Source: Octopus sinensis (Eukaryota). Taken from it: 64,000 nucleotides of DNA. The position numbers and the translations under genes were made by a program. The stretch covers positions 95,542,001-95,606,000 of the forward strand of contig NC_043006.1 of NCBI RefSeq assembly GCF_006345805.1. Reading direction: 5' to 3'. The notes under the pieces were generated by a model. That model saw only the letters and a program-made list of their open reading frames with translations, made no database searches and was not told where the DNA came from. Shown piece after piece: positions 1 to 14,117 of the stretch (within the stretch, counting starts at the first letter, position 1; every line of letters begins with the position of its first letter).

Positions 1-1068
1 TCTTCAAGGCGTTGGCTTAGTTATCTCCTTTGTCTAATGTATATATATAGACATAGATAGATAGATATGTAGTTAGATAGAGAGAGATAGACAGACGGAC
101 AGACAGATATATAGATAGATAGATGCGTGTATGAATGTGTGTGTACCAGTGGCCTAACGAGGGTTTTGTTTATCCTTTGCGATCCACCCATCCCTCACAT
201 CCGACGAGAGTATGACGGTGCGTGGTGAAGGGCTTAAGATACTCGCTTTAAAATATGACGTTCCGTTTTCGAGCATTTGTGTGAAATCTTTGCCATGTAT
301 CGCAGTTAATTATATTAAATTAGATAGAAACTACGTCGAACCCTTCAGAGAGATTACACAAGGTATTCAAAATGCCCAGCATGGAAGCATGTTGCGTCAC
401 GCTTAATCTGTTGTAAAATACGTTTCGTTGCCTCTTGTATCTAAATTTAAATATTTGGCATTTGTTGATGGACCAACCGGAATATTGATTATCAAAACCG
501 ACGGAGAACCCAACATCGTATATCTAATATAGTGAGTGCGAAAACTAATTTCTGTGTCAATGTGTCACATTTGGACCCCCTCTCTCACTAGTCAATGGGT
601 TGAGAGTAATTGTAAGCACAGAGACGGCGAGGTCGGTGACGAAGACAGAGAGAAAGAGAGAGAGGAAGAAAGAAAAGGAGAGGGACAGGAAGGGAGACAA
701 AGAATCTAGGGAGTGTTAATGATGTTTTATTAAAAGCAGTAGTGTTGATGGTGGCGGTGGGAGTAATAATAAAAGGGAGAAAGAGTGAGTATGTGAGAGA
801 ATGATGGAAATGATGTACAACTTTGTTGAAATACTGAATACTACCATTTAAATGATGACTGCAACCCATCCTTCTTTTGTTATTTTCCCCATCTTAAAAG
901 GGGTCACCATTCTTGAACTCATGTCTCATGTCAGTAGCTTTACTGGTAAAAAAAACACTAAGTAATGGTAAAAAACAACTAAATAAATGGTAAAAATCAT
1001 TCCAAATTGAAAAGAAATCCCTGCTCCCTCCCTCTTTACGTATGTATCTATCTGTCTATCTATCAATC

Positions 1069-1114
<46 letters not shown>

Positions 1115-1284
1115 ATATCTACATCTCTCTAGCTCTGTGGTGGTAGCCGGGGCAGTCTGAGATGATGGTGATAGTGATGTGAAAGACAGTGCAGGGAAGG
1201 CGACACCGTCAGAAGTCTGAAATGGTATGGCAGTTGTTGTGGCGATGTTGGCGGTACTGGTTGAAAACAATTAACAAAAACAAA

Positions 1285-1321
<37 letters not shown>

Positions 1322-1619
1322 TTAGACAGAAAAAAAACTGTACTGACCCCCGAATGGTAAGACAAAAAATGCTGTTTATCATACAGCTTTGCAATAAGTT
1401 CCAAGTCCACAAATCCGATCACTGTTTGAATGAAAATTGTTTATTGCTTGAAAAATATTGGTCAAGTTTAATCAAATTTAATATGTACTCAATGCATGAA
1501 GTCTCATTGTTGGGCCCAAGGCCAAATAAGTCCTCCATAGGATCTAGCTTAAAAGCTGTAGTTGCCAGAATTGTTACTGCATCGGGGAAAATGCTTAGAG
1601 GCATTTCTCTCGACTTAAC

Positions 1620-1760
1620 GTTCTGATTTCAAATTCATCCAGGGTCGACTTAGTTTTTCATCCTTTTGGAATCGATAAAATAAGCCCCAGTTGAGCATTG
1701 GAATCGATATAATGGACTTGTTCCTTTCGCCAAAATTACCGTCATGTACGAGAATTTGAT
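1620..1760 (+). mobile_element. Diverged SINE family 1 fragment
   Basis: ttctgatttcaaattcatccagggtcgacttagtttttcatcc matches the B-box and body of intact copies (5636, 37163). Confidence 0.65.
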
Positions 1761-3227
1761 ATCAATATGTGTATGTATGTTATTTTAAATTATTGCGTAA
1801 CAACTCCCTTGAATTAAGACGCATGCGTGAATACTGTTTTATTTGAAATTCGGATACGTGTGTGAGCATATAGAAATGAAAGGAAAGATTAATGGGTCGA
1901 GCGTTTGGAACTCACATTGTCGAAGTCGATGGAGTACCAGTGGTATATTTAAGTATTATATGTATATGAGGTTTATAATGTTTCATAATGACTCCCATAG
2001 ATTAAGAGACAAGCGTGAATGCGACAGTATTGGAACAAGGGATACATGTGTGTATATGCATGTATGTAAGTGTGAATGTATGCATACCCCATGCAATATT
2101 CATTCTTTTCAATTGGATTCAATGAGTTGGTGTATTATGCAGGAACGTTGTCTATCGTAATAAAATGTATTTCTGTATTCCATGTATAAACACCTCAGTA
2201 TTCACTCATGCTTTTCAAACCGTGGGAGCCGTTAGGAAATACTATAAAAAGTACTGACAATTATTATTTGCTAAGGTCAATTTAACTCTCAAATTCTCCA
2301 CCATCCACCCGCTTAGAAAAAGCCTCCTCTTCGAAACTAATCAAACGACATGGAAAATGTCCGTTCTTTGTTGGTAGCTTCTATAAATTTTTGGCGTTTT
2401 CATCGTAAATTCTATATTAGCGGCATGAGTACCCAGAGAGTTGGAAGCAGCTAAATACCATTGCATCAAGTATGATTGTTTCGTGGTAACATTGCTAGTA
2501 ATTGTGATAATGGCGGCGGCATCCGTCGTCATCGTCATCATCGTCTTGTTAGCGTGTTTCATGGTAGCTTTGCTTGATAGTGCGATAATGGCGGCGGTGG
2601 AGATGGCCGTCGTCGTCGTCGTTGTCGTCTCGTTGGTGGTACTTAAATTCACGGAATGCCCAATCAAATGAGCTCTTCAATTCACTGTGGGGTGACACAA
2701 CGTTTCTGAGGAACAAATAAAGGTTATATTCAATCAAACGTAACATCACTTCACAAAGATGGCGCCGTTTTTCTGTGTCTTAAAATTTGCAATATCTAAC
2801 CGTTTGTACACCGTCCCTCTCCTGCCGCCACCTTCTTCGTTTCTTGTTCAATTACAAATATTGAATGGATTCTTCCAACAGCTTCCATTATTCACATTTA
2901 CATCATCATCATCATCATCATCATCAACATCTTCTTTTTCTTCTTCTGTGACTACTACGAGACAGCTACAAACTCTACTACTACCATCATTACAACTGTT
3001 CCTACCACCACTACCACACCAGCCATTCTCGCCACTACTTCTACCAACTCGACCGCGATTATGACGATGGTGGCCAACACCGCCACCACACCCACCACCA
3101 ACACCACCACTACTAACACCACAACTACGCTGGCAACGATGTCGACTACAACTGCGACTACTGCTTCTACATCTAATACTACTACTATTCCAATGATAAC
3201 GGTTTCAAATTTTGTCACAAGGGCAGC

Positions 3228-3399
3228 AATTTTGGAGAAGGGAATGAGCCGATTACATCGACCCCAGTATACAACTGGTACTTAATTTATCGATCCTGAT
3301 AGGATGAAAGGCAAAATCGACAACGGCGGAATTTGTACTCAGAACATGAAGACGAACGAAATGCCTACAAGCATTTCGTCCGGCATGCTAACGATTCTG
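3228..3399 (-). mobile_element. SINE family 1
   Basis: Reverse complement of the family 1 head and body (gctaacgattctg, aggatgaaaggcaaa, actggtacttaatttatcga). Confidence 0.85.
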
Positions 3400-4875
3400 T
3401 TATAATAAGAACTACACCAACCAATTCTTCTATAGCCGCCACCGCCGCCAGTACTACTACTACTACTACTACCACCATCACCACTACCACCACCTCCACT
3501 TCCATTATTACGCCTAATATAACAGTAACTACTATTACTACCATCACTATTACTACTTCTGCTACAACTGTCGTCACTACTAGTGCTACTATTACCATCG
3601 CGATTACTAATACCACTAATACTACTACTGTTGCTACTACTACTACTACTACTACTACTACTGCTGCTGCTGTTACTACTACGACTACTAGAGTTGCAAA
3701 TATTTTGCGCTGTTTCCTTCGTGCTTCCGTTGGTGTTCAATGTGTCTGTGTGTGCCTGTGTATGTGCGTGTGCCTCTGTGTGTGTGTGCCTCTGTGTGTG
3801 TGTGTGCCTCTGTGTGTGAAGATAAGGAAGGTGACTGCTAAGTTGGTCAAGAGTAATCTGTTATAGTCTTGGACATTGTGACCCAAATTGGGAATGCGGA
3901 AACTATGCACAATATCCGTTAGATAGAAGATACCTGTAATATACACGGACAGCTTTGTAAAACACCGTGTATCTCATTGATGCGGCTTGAGATGTTACGT
4001 GACTGCGGAATATTCATTCAACTACTCGCCGATATAATATAAAATGCTTTAGCCGTTTTACTCATCGTCGAAACCTACGAAAGATCCCAAGTAAAACATT
4101 TTTTATGGATAAGCGTATGTGTATGTGTGTTTGTGTGTCTATATAGACTTTTTCCCATCCACTCTCATTATAAGCCCATACACATTGTATCCCTACACAC
4201 ACGGTATGCATACATAAATGAACACAAAATGTAACCAAAACATAAATTAAAGAAGACTTTAACGAGTACAGATGCATATGTCCCCCCTGGAAACGCTATA
4301 CATATACTACCACTGCACACATCGCATTCCATTTCCAGAAGAACGCCAACTTTAAAGACACGCATTCCCCATAAACTCTTTTCCAGAAATGTCTCGCCGA
4401 CTTGGCACAAAACCACTTCCGGAGTTGGTGTCTTTGAAACCAAGGGACTTAACTGCATCTTAACTTAACCCCATTCTTGATTCGTTTCATCTTTCTCACA
4501 GCAACTACAAACCGGATGTGTCTATTCACTTCCAAGAAAAGCCAGCCGTCGCCGTACTTCACTCCATAATGACTACCTCTGAAAGGCGCAGGTTTACATA
4601 ATCGGACTATTACCTAACATTCCGGTGAAACCCTGGCGCGAAACGGATTGGAAAGATCGGACGTAATGACCATATAATACTGTACACTTCGATTAATACA
4701 TACACACACACACACGTATATATATACTTACATATATACATATATGTGTGTCTTAAGCATGTATGTATGTACATATATATGTATATGTATATACTTATTC
4801 ACATAAACATACTATACATATATACATACATATATTCGTATATATATATATATATATATATACATGTACGTGTGT

Positions 4876-4914
<39 letters not shown>

Positions 4915-5339
4915 AAATTATGATTTAAAAGAAGCTCTTGTAATAATATCGGTCTCACATACGTAGTCTATTTGTTTTGTTTTTATTTGCCAGATTTACT
5001 GATGTATATCGCCCAAGAAAAGCTTCCCAAACGATGCCGTGTATTGACGAAAGGCTGAATGTCTCAGACCTGGTGAGACAACTTGATTCGGCATCACAGA
5101 GAATGATAGGTACCGATATTTCGCCATTATTGTAGTTGATCAATGCCATGTACTCTGATCTTCTCGAAACGAATAGCATCGTGGTCTATAATTTATATAT
5201 GCAAATACACACACACAGACAGACGCACGCACGCACACATATATATGTATATATATATACATATATGAATCTCTGTTGAATAACGAGAAGTGGTTAATTA
5301 CAGGACTCAATACAAGTGTAGAGTATTCTCTTACACATT

Positions 5340-5530
5340 AGAACTAAAAGGCTTAGCGACACTTTTCTTGGCTCTTTATGTTCTGTGTTCAAATGGCACA
5401 AGAGTCGCCTTCGATCCCATGCTTTCGAGTGTGCCGATAAAATAAGAACAACTTGAAAACTGGGATCGATGCAATCGGCTGTCGCCCTCCCCGGAAAGTT
5501 CAGGCGTTGAACCTACAATAGAAAGAAATA
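5340..5530 (+). mobile_element. Diverged SINE family 1 (tail type A)
   Basis: gttctgtgttcaaat...gataaaataag...ctgggatcgatgcaatcg...tagaaagaaatatt follows the family 1 layout. Confidence 0.55.
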
Positions 5531-5635
5531 TTATGGGCGCTGAGGTGACTCAATCGTTAGCGCGTTGAATAGTTGAAATAGACATCAGAGATACTTTGCA
5601 CCACACAGAAAGTACAGGATCTGTGTGGTGCACAA

Positions 5636-5874
5636 GGGTGGCGAGCTGGCAGAAACGTTAGCACGCCGGGTGAAATGCTTAGCGATAAATTCGTCTGTCG
5701 TTACGTTCTGAGTTCAAATTCCGCCGAAGTCGACTTTACCTTTCATCCTTTTGGGGTCGATAAATTAAGTACCAGTTACGCACTGAAGTCGATGTAATCG
5801 ACTTAATCCGTCTGTCTGTCCTTGTTTGTCCTCTCTGTGTTTAGCCCTTTGTGGACAATATAGAAATAAGAAAC
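5636..5874 (+). mobile_element. Full-length tRNA-derived SINE family 1 (tail type B)
   Basis: Head ggtggcgagctggcagaaacg (A-box-like), gagttcaaattcc (B-box-like), shared body; many copies in the window. Confidence 0.9.
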
Positions 5875-6564
5875 TTAAGTATCTACTCAGAAGTTTTCCA
5901 AGCTCTTCTAAACTCATTACAATGCTGGAAACCCTTCCGTATCGTCAGCAGGTATTTCAGGGTCACACGCTTTTCGCCCCTAAGCATGTACGCTTCAGCT
6001 GTACCTTAAGGCATTTCTATCGGCGCTTTATGCCTTGAATTCAAATACCGCTGAGGTCAAATTTGCCTGTCATCCTTTCGTGATTGATAAACTAATGTAC
6101 AAATCAAGTAATGGTGTCGATGTAACCGACAAGTCCCCCCACCCGGGCATCGTCCATCCGATTGCGCTCAAATTTGATCTGTAGATACCGACGGTATCAG
6201 GATGTCTATAGGTCTTGAAAACATTACAAAATTCGATTCCAGGTGAGAATGCGATCGATAAAGCCGTGGGAACGTGCATTTGTAAAATCGCTGTTCTTGG
6301 AATGGAAAAAAAAACTATCTTTATTTCTTCTTTTGCTGGTGTCTCGAATTTAGGTTAAATCAGTGTTTCTCAAAGGGGAGGCCTATGGGACGGACGGACA
6401 AGTTGTTTTGAGAAAATTTGGTTTAAATGTTTGACAACTCAGCACCGTCCATTGGACAGGGGGCGTTTTGCTCGTATATATATACACTTATATATATATA
6501 TTGATTATATTATTATTTGACAAAAGCAACGCATCCATTTTAAAGTATGTATATATATATTATA

Positions 6565-6596
<32 letters not shown>

Positions 6597-6650
6597 GATA
6601 TATATATATATTATAATATGATGTATATATATATATGTATATATATATAT

Positions 6651-7135
6651 GTGTAATAAATAAAATATATGCATACATACAAACATATATGTACGTACCT
6701 ACATCTACATGTATATATACATGCATATATAAATATATATACGTGAGTACAGGACACCAACTAGACGTAGAACTCAACGAGAAACGAAAACGGAAAGCCA
6801 TTTTTTTACAACAGAAAAACAGAGACGTGGAACTGGATGAGAAGCGAAAACGGGAAAAACATTTTTTTACAACAGAAAAACATGCGTTCGAAACACGCTT
6901 AAGTCTAACTAGCGACAGCTGATGATTGGGGATTTTTACTTGCGTAGTATGTCCTGTACTTTGTTTTCCTGTTGTAAAAAAATGGCCTTTCCGTTTTCGT
7001 TTCTCGTTGAGTTCTACGTCTAGTTGTGGTGTCCTGTACTCACGTATATATATTTATATATGCATGTATATATACATGTAGATGTAGGTACGTACATATA
7101 TGTTTGTATGTATGCATATATCTTATTTACTACAC
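6651..7135. repeat. Fold-back element with ~170-bp near-perfect inverted arms
   Basis: 6651-6821 is the reverse complement of ~6962-7135 with only a few differences. The spacer and right arm recur as a single-orientation copy at 42397-42706. Confidence 0.9.
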
Positions 7136-7229
7136 TATTGTCTGACACCCTAGAGGAAAGTGGTTCTAATGTAGGTTGCCTTCTCGCCTTACAATACATA
7201 CATTGCTCCCATATTATTCGTTTGCTAGA

Positions 7230-7710
7230 ATTTTCCTCCTCCTCATCGTCATCATTGCTTTCGTCGTCGTCGATGCCAATTTCAGCAGCATCACCATTTT
7301 CGTGGCTACCGTCTTCATCATCGTCACATTATCACTACCACAATCAACATCATAATCATCATGTTCATCATCACCACCACCACATCCATATATCGTCATC
7401 ATCATCACCATCACCACCACCACCACCACCACCACCATCAAAGTTACAATTATCGTCATCATCATCATCAGTATCACAATCACCACTACCACTATATTCA
7501 TATATCATCATCATCATCATCGTTATCATCATCCCCACCACCATCAAAGTTATAATTATCAGCATCATCATCACCATACCACTACCACCACTACCACCAC
7601 ATTCATATATCATCCCCATCCCCATCACCCCCACAACCGCCATCATCACCATCCCCATCACCACCACAACCGCCTTCACCACCATTACCATCATACATGA
7701 AGTCAACCTC
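7230..7710. repeat. (CAT/CAC)n trinucleotide low-complexity tract
   Basis: Direct inspection. Confidence 0.9.
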
Positions 7711-8214
7711 ATTATAATTAGATTATTTGTCTCTTCCTGTTTTTCCTTCTTGCGCGACTTCTCTTCCCCCTCCTCCCATTCCTACCCTACCCTGTCGCCC
7801 TTCTTTCTCTTCCTATTCCCCCTCTCTCTCTCTCTTTCCCTTTCCCTCTCCTCTCCCCCTTCCCCATCATTATATTTATTGTTCACAATCTCATACAGCC
7901 TGGTTTAACAATATCCAAAGAAAGATTTAACAAGTCACTGATTCCCTCGTCATCAAAGGAAGAGTCACTTAGAAAATTGCTTGTGGGAGGGTGGGAACTG
8001 GGTAGGATAGGGGTGTGGGGCGATATTCTGGAAGGTTCTGGATATTCCGGATAAAATCACAACATATAAATAGAATTTCAACACTAAGAACCACTCTTCT
8101 ACACGTCATGTGTAAAATCCAGCCACGGAACCAATGGAAGCGTTTCTACATGGTCACTTGTCCTGCTAGAAATAGCAGCTTCAATTTCATTAGATTGAAG
8201 ATATAGCCTGTCAC

Positions 8215-8516
8215 ATTTTACTTGAACTGCAGCCATGCTAGGCGGCTGGTTTCAAAGACCGACCACTAATATTTATCTTTTTACCGAACCGCTACGTTAC
8301 GGGGACGCAAACAAACCAACAGCGTTTATCAAGCGGTGGTGAGAAACAAAGACAAACAAAGACATGCTAATTGAGGTTTTTTTCAGTTTCCGTCTACTAA
8401 ATCAACTAACAAGTCTTTGGTCAACCCGAGGCTACAGTAGAAGATACTTGGCCAATGTGCCACGCAGTGGGACTGAACCCGGATCCATGTTATTCTCATT
8501 ACACAACCACATCTCA
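8215..8516 (-). mobile_element. Diverged SINE family 2
   Basis: cagtttccgtctac, gccacgcagtgggactgaacccgg, ccgaaccgcta are reverse complements of family 2 motifs. Confidence 0.8.
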
Positions 8517-11500
8517 GACTATTGTTTAAAAATAAAATGAGGAAACAACAAATTGTAGAATGTAGTTCTAGATAAACTGTGTCAGCAGTAAGAAAGTCTC
8601 ATGGGAGTAATCTTAGGAGGGACATCTATTTTAGCATGAGTCTAAGTAACAGTAACAAAGAACAGCTATCGAAGGAAGTTTTAATTTGCTAGAAATGGCA
8701 ACCATGTTCACCTTAACTCATATCATTTTATTGGTTGAGAAAAAATGAAATGTTTTTAAGATGTATTATTATGTACAACAGACAGTATGGTCACAGCTAG
8801 AACGTCTATGTACATGTGGAAACTCCTTCAAGCCATGTTGAACAAATTGTCGGTAAATTCTGTTTTGGGAAGACTTGCTGATGCGCATGCGTGCAAGTGA
8901 TTCATTCTCGCTCCACCGACGTTTATGCAAAGGGACAAACATGGCCGAATTGGGGTGATTTATTTTTGCGCAAGGACCATCGGAGGCTTTGTTCTGGGAA
9001 CGAAAATGAAAAGGAACCGGATACCGTACGGAATCTCCCAGACTCTTTTACGTTTCTGTTAATCCTCCATTTCAATTTATCGACCCTGAAAGGAAGAATT
9101 GTGAATTTGGCTCCGGTCAGATATGAAGCCAGATTTGGGAAAATATAGGGCGGGCTTCTATCCAAAACTGTAAAAACTATTTATTCACCTATATTTAATA
9201 TACAGCTCAATGATATGAATGCTAAATGATATCAACGAACCACTGAGGGAACATGTACTTGGTTAGTTTTACTGCTAGAAATAGCAACCATGAAAGCCAC
9301 AATCAACCATAGTTTCGTTATAGATGAAACATCATTTGTGTAATGGAGTCCTACATATAGATCTATGTTATGAAAAGATGGACGAGATGGTATTAGCTGG
9401 AATATTTTTATTCGTAATTCTGATGTATCAGGATTAGCAGGAGGCTTAACAAAATACCAACAACAAAGAAAAACAATAAACGGCCTATGACATATATTCT
9501 AAGCGTTGATAAGGTGATCAGATACATATTAAACGTCCCTCACATTACATCTAAGATTTTCGAGAAAGAATGACTTGAATATCGATGAATTAGACCGACT
9601 TTTGCTCAGAACGGAAAACCTTTTGATCTTATGACAGCTTGATGAAGGCTGAACTGAGGATAAAGGCAATACTGACGTAGGTGAAATGGTGTAATATCAT
9701 AGGGATATTAGATTCATTCAGCTACTGTTATATTGCTTTATATCTGTAAGCCCTACCTAGATTATAACGTATTATTCTAACTCACTCGCATGTATTCCAT
9801 TGCTTCCAGAACTTGTGTTGTCCTTGTTTATTTTTTTTATTCGGACGAATTATTTTTAAAATTGTGCATTCATCTTTTGTCCCTTAGGACGTCGTAAGGG
9901 CCTAATATCTGACCATAATTACCTCCATAATCAGCCATAATTTGCGCGCAGGGGACTGTCGAAACGGTCCAATTATCATTCGTCTTCAAAATAACAGCAG
10001 GCTACAGAAACCATTAATCAAGTCTTTTAACAGTTCATACGGGCCAGGAGGGTAACATGTTAATCCATTGTTTATCAGAAACTAGAGGAAGGGGCGAAGT
10101 TATCCTCCAGCAGGAAGCCTGGTTTGTCTGCTTCTAAGAGATTCAATTCCGCTAAAGGCTCCCAAGTATCAAGGTGTGTTGTCGAGTGCAATGGCGGATT
10201 AAATCTAACACCCAAGGTCGCAAAACACAAAGATCCGGAAGAAATAAAAAGAAATGCACTGTATTCGGCTTTTCGAAATGACTTCTGCCAATTTGCCTCG
10301 CTAATATTTTAATTTATCGACCCCGAAAGAATGAAAAGCAAAGTTTCACTTTGATACCATCTGAACTCAGTGTATAGAGAACGGGAACAACCGTTGCGAT
10401 ATATTTTTTATTTGTTTGGTTGTTTCAACGATCGGATTGCGGCCATGTTGGGGCACCTCTTTCAGAAGGGTTTAGTCCAACATACCATCTCTCCACATCC
10501 GACAAATGCGAACCAACGAGAGTGCCTCGACGTGATCGCACGATTAGCTCGAAATAACAGCCAAATTTCACACATTTCCCATTCAACAGTTAAAAATGAA
10601 AAAGAAACAGTCACAACGGATAATATGGTCTATGCTTCCTTGACAATAGGGAAAAAGACTGGCTGGTCATTAACTAAAGCCCTCGCGTCAGAGATGCTCT
10701 TAGGACTGATATGGTATTCAGGAACAACATAACCGTTAACTAAAATTACTAATGAATCACAAGTCCAGATACTTTCGGTTGGGTTGTAGTCGTGCATCCT
10801 TGGTATGTTGACCATGGTAGATCTTGTGGGACCTAACTTCCTTCAGGTCTAACCATTGTGGAATTATTTCTGAGAGAGAGAGAGAGAGGGGGGAGGAGAC
10901 CAGAAGAAGAGAAGGAAAGGAAGAAGATAGAGGAAAGAATCAAACATGTACTTCACTTATTGACCTATGTAAGGGTAAAAGAAATGTTGATTTCGGGAAC
11001 CAGCACCGCGAGGCATCTTATCTGGCACTTTAACTTTGCTCCCATTCCAGCGCCGTGGCATTTTGGCAGAGTCATTAAAGCGTCAAATATAATCACTTGC
11101 TGCATTCGCTCTCACTACAACGAAGTCATTTTCGTCTTTAATTCTGTCAGAATCGACAAACCATGTCAACCCAAGAGAATGAAATGGTATTCAGAATGAA
11201 TGCCTAGAGGTAATTGGTTCGGATCATTACGTACTGTGTTCAAATATCGACTCGGTTGGATTTAATTTGTCCAAGGTTTAACAAAACCACGCAACACATT
11301 TGGGTTACTTAAGTACAGCTCACGTTGTTGCAAGTGTCCGCATTGGGCTTCTAGTTTGAGGATATCCTGTTAAATACTAAATTACTCTCGGATTCGCTGT
11401 GAAATAATCTGGGTACTACCTTCCCTCCCGATTAAAATATAAGATATGTTAAATTGATCTCAAGAGGTAATGGAACAAATTCTCAGAAGTAATATGCTAG

Positions 11501-12477
11501 CATTTTTCTACTGATCTTGTAAAGAAGACCGTACTTAATTTCACGATAGCATACATTACTAGCAATTAAGTCACTTTCGATATAATGGAACCTTAGTAAA
11601 ATATTCTTTTGTTGTATCTCAGGAGGGTCATTATACCAATAATAAACATATGGAGTGGTTCTATTTCACTTCTATGTCTTTAATTGTCAGGTGGTTTATT
11701 ACTTACCCAATTAACTAGTCAATTGTTTGATTACACATTCGGTCAGAAAATCAATCAATCAACTAGGTTTGTCAAAAACTTTTGGTCTCCATTCGCCACC
11801 TCGTCAATAACAAGCACCCTCCATTCCAGCTCTGATATTAACCTCATAACCACCGAATAGAAAGATAAGCTCACAGAAAGAAACTACAGTTTTTATAATT
11901 TATGTTAACGATTGTCTTTAGCGAATGTAATCGCCAAGTAGCAGAAACAACTCAAGTGACAGCACCACAAAGCGAACACGTTTTGCCTCTGGCGCAAAAT
12001 TTTTGAGACAATATTAAACACATTAGGTAGTATTCAAGAGATAACTTACATCTGCCTTTATTTTAAATATCGCATATCTTGTTATCTGTTACATTTCTTC
12101 TTTATTTTAAATTACTTTGCATTATCCTCAGCAGTTCTTTATCTCTGACGAACACAATTCGTAGAAATTATATAATTAATTTTCAAGTAATTAAGTTTCA
12201 AGTAATTAGGTTTTTCTCACTAATTTAACAATATTAAAATAACAAAAGGAAGAGTGAGAAGGTGGGGGAATAGGAAAAAAATAATGACGTAAATTATGAA
12301 AATAACAGGAGCGCTGTGGCTGCGCTCGTTACTATTGCTACTATCACCATAATTAGTACATCTACTACTAATGCTGCTGCCGCTGCTCCTGCCACTGCAT
12401 CTGCTATTTTTATTATAACTACTAACATTAATATTAATACTAATTCAACTACGATTACTACTACTACAAATAATCCT

Positions 12478-12872
12478 TTCTAATATAGGCACAAGGCCTG
12501 GAATTTTGGGGGAAGGGATGATTTTATTACATCGACTCCAGTACTCCACTGGTATAAAAGTTATCAATCCCGAAAGGATGAAAGACAAAGTCGACCTTGG
12601 CGGAATTTGAACTCAGAACGTAAAGACAGACGAAATACCTATTTCTTTTACTACCCACAAGAGGCTAAACACAGAGAGGACAAATAAGGACAGACAAATG
12701 GATTAAGTCGATTATATATGAACCCAGTGCGTAACAGGTACTTATTTAATCGACCCTGAAAAGATGAAAGGCAAAGTCGACGTCGGCGGTATTTGCACTT
12801 AGAACGTAACGGCAGACGAAATACCGCTAAGCATTTCGTCCGGGGTCCTAACGATTCTGCCAGCTCACCGCC
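12478..12872 (-). mobile_element. Dimeric SINE family 1 (full monomer with tail B plus 5'-truncated monomer with tail A)
   Basis: Two bodies joined at gacgaaatacctatttcttttactacccacaag (~12629-12660). Confidence 0.85.
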
Positions 12873-12931
12873 TTTGTTACTACAAAGAATGATAACAATA
12901 ATGATAGGAAGCAGTGGAAGAAAACGGAAAA

Positions 12932-12939
<8 letters not shown>

Positions 12940-12979
<40 letters not shown>

Positions 12980-13200
12980 GGTGAAGTTGATAGTAGTATT
13001 AGTAGTTGTAGTAGAATAAAAGGAAAATGAAGAAGAATGATGACGACGATGACGACCCTGTTGAGTGTAAAGATGACGAAGCTGACGATGACAATGATGA
13101 TGATGATGACGATGATGATTACGATGATATTGACGATAATGATGATAATGATGATGTTGATGATGATGATGACGACGACGACGACAATAATGATATTCAT
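12940..13200. repeat. (AGT)n and (GAT/GAC)n microsatellites
   Basis: Direct inspection; they generate the Asp-rich ORF 13027-13515. Confidence 0.9.
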
Positions 13201-13821
13201 GGAGATGGGGGAGACAGAACTAGCCACGAAATAAGCAGTATTGTCGCTTATAGAAAGCTTTCGCAAAATTTAGCATGTTATAAGATACACAAGAGAAATT
13301 ATATTTGTGCCTGTGATCATGTGTATAGAGAAATGAATACAAGTGTAGAGAGATGTACGTGCGCTTGCGGCCTTACATATATAAGTATATATACATTCAT
13401 ACGTGTGTGCATAAACATTGACGTTTACAACGTTGGTGATGTCCACATTCAAGTCTATGTTGTGTCTAATCGAAGGACCCGTTTTTTCTCCTTTTATGAG
13501 AAAATTGAGAGATAAAAAAAGCATAAAGACATACATGTACATGCGTAAATATTAACGGATGAAATATTGGTGCAACGTTCCTATGGAAACTTTTGACTAA
13601 GACAAATATAAAAGGCCGGGTATCATCACTCAGGACCCTCATAGAGATTAGATGCCCTGCACATTGAATATCTCTTCGAAAATGGATGAGAAAGAGGATA
13701 ACAACTGTTTCGAAACCTTCGTCTTTTACACTCATAATATAAATTAACGTATTTGGAAAAGTTGAGGTTTTTCGAAAAAGGAATCAACCAGATAGTGCTT
13801 TTATTTTCAAATATTTCCATA

Positions 13822-14117
13822 GATTTCCAATGTGCTTCGGAGAACTTAATATATGCAGTAACTGGCTCTGGGTATCTCAATACATAGGCCAAACCAAAAA
13901 CAGTCTACGCCAAAGGATGGGTCTACATAGATCCAAGATCAAAATTCGGGAATACAGGAAAATAGCATTCAGCGAAAACATCGACATTTGCGCCATTAAC
14001 AAACAACCCAGCTTCAGAATTTTTTGTCTCTATAAATTCAGGGATGATGCAACCTATAATCAGCGCAGTAGCAAAGAGTCATAATTTATCACAAAATACA
14101 AACCCCGTTTAAATGCG
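13822..14117 (+). pseudogene. Penelope-like element GIY-YIG endonuclease remnant
   Basis: DFQCASENLIYAVT, frameshift, SQYIGQTKNSLRQRMGLHRS...KES*FITKYKPRLNA: the NxIY...YIGxT...R...H...E..FI...P.LN pattern of PLE endonucleases. Confidence 0.85.

Noticed and set aside
4260-4700. Non-repetitive stretch with short ORF 4168-4458
   Set aside because: Stops in every frame I read and no recognisable motif.
5636-5730. tRNA gene calls for SINE heads
   Set aside because: A/B-box-like motifs are present but there is no complete cloverleaf, and each continues into a SINE body.
11200-12250. Repeat-poor stretches (also ~29.2-29.7 kb and ~35.8-36.9 kb) as possible enhancers
   Set aside because: Cannot be supported without conservation or chromatin data.
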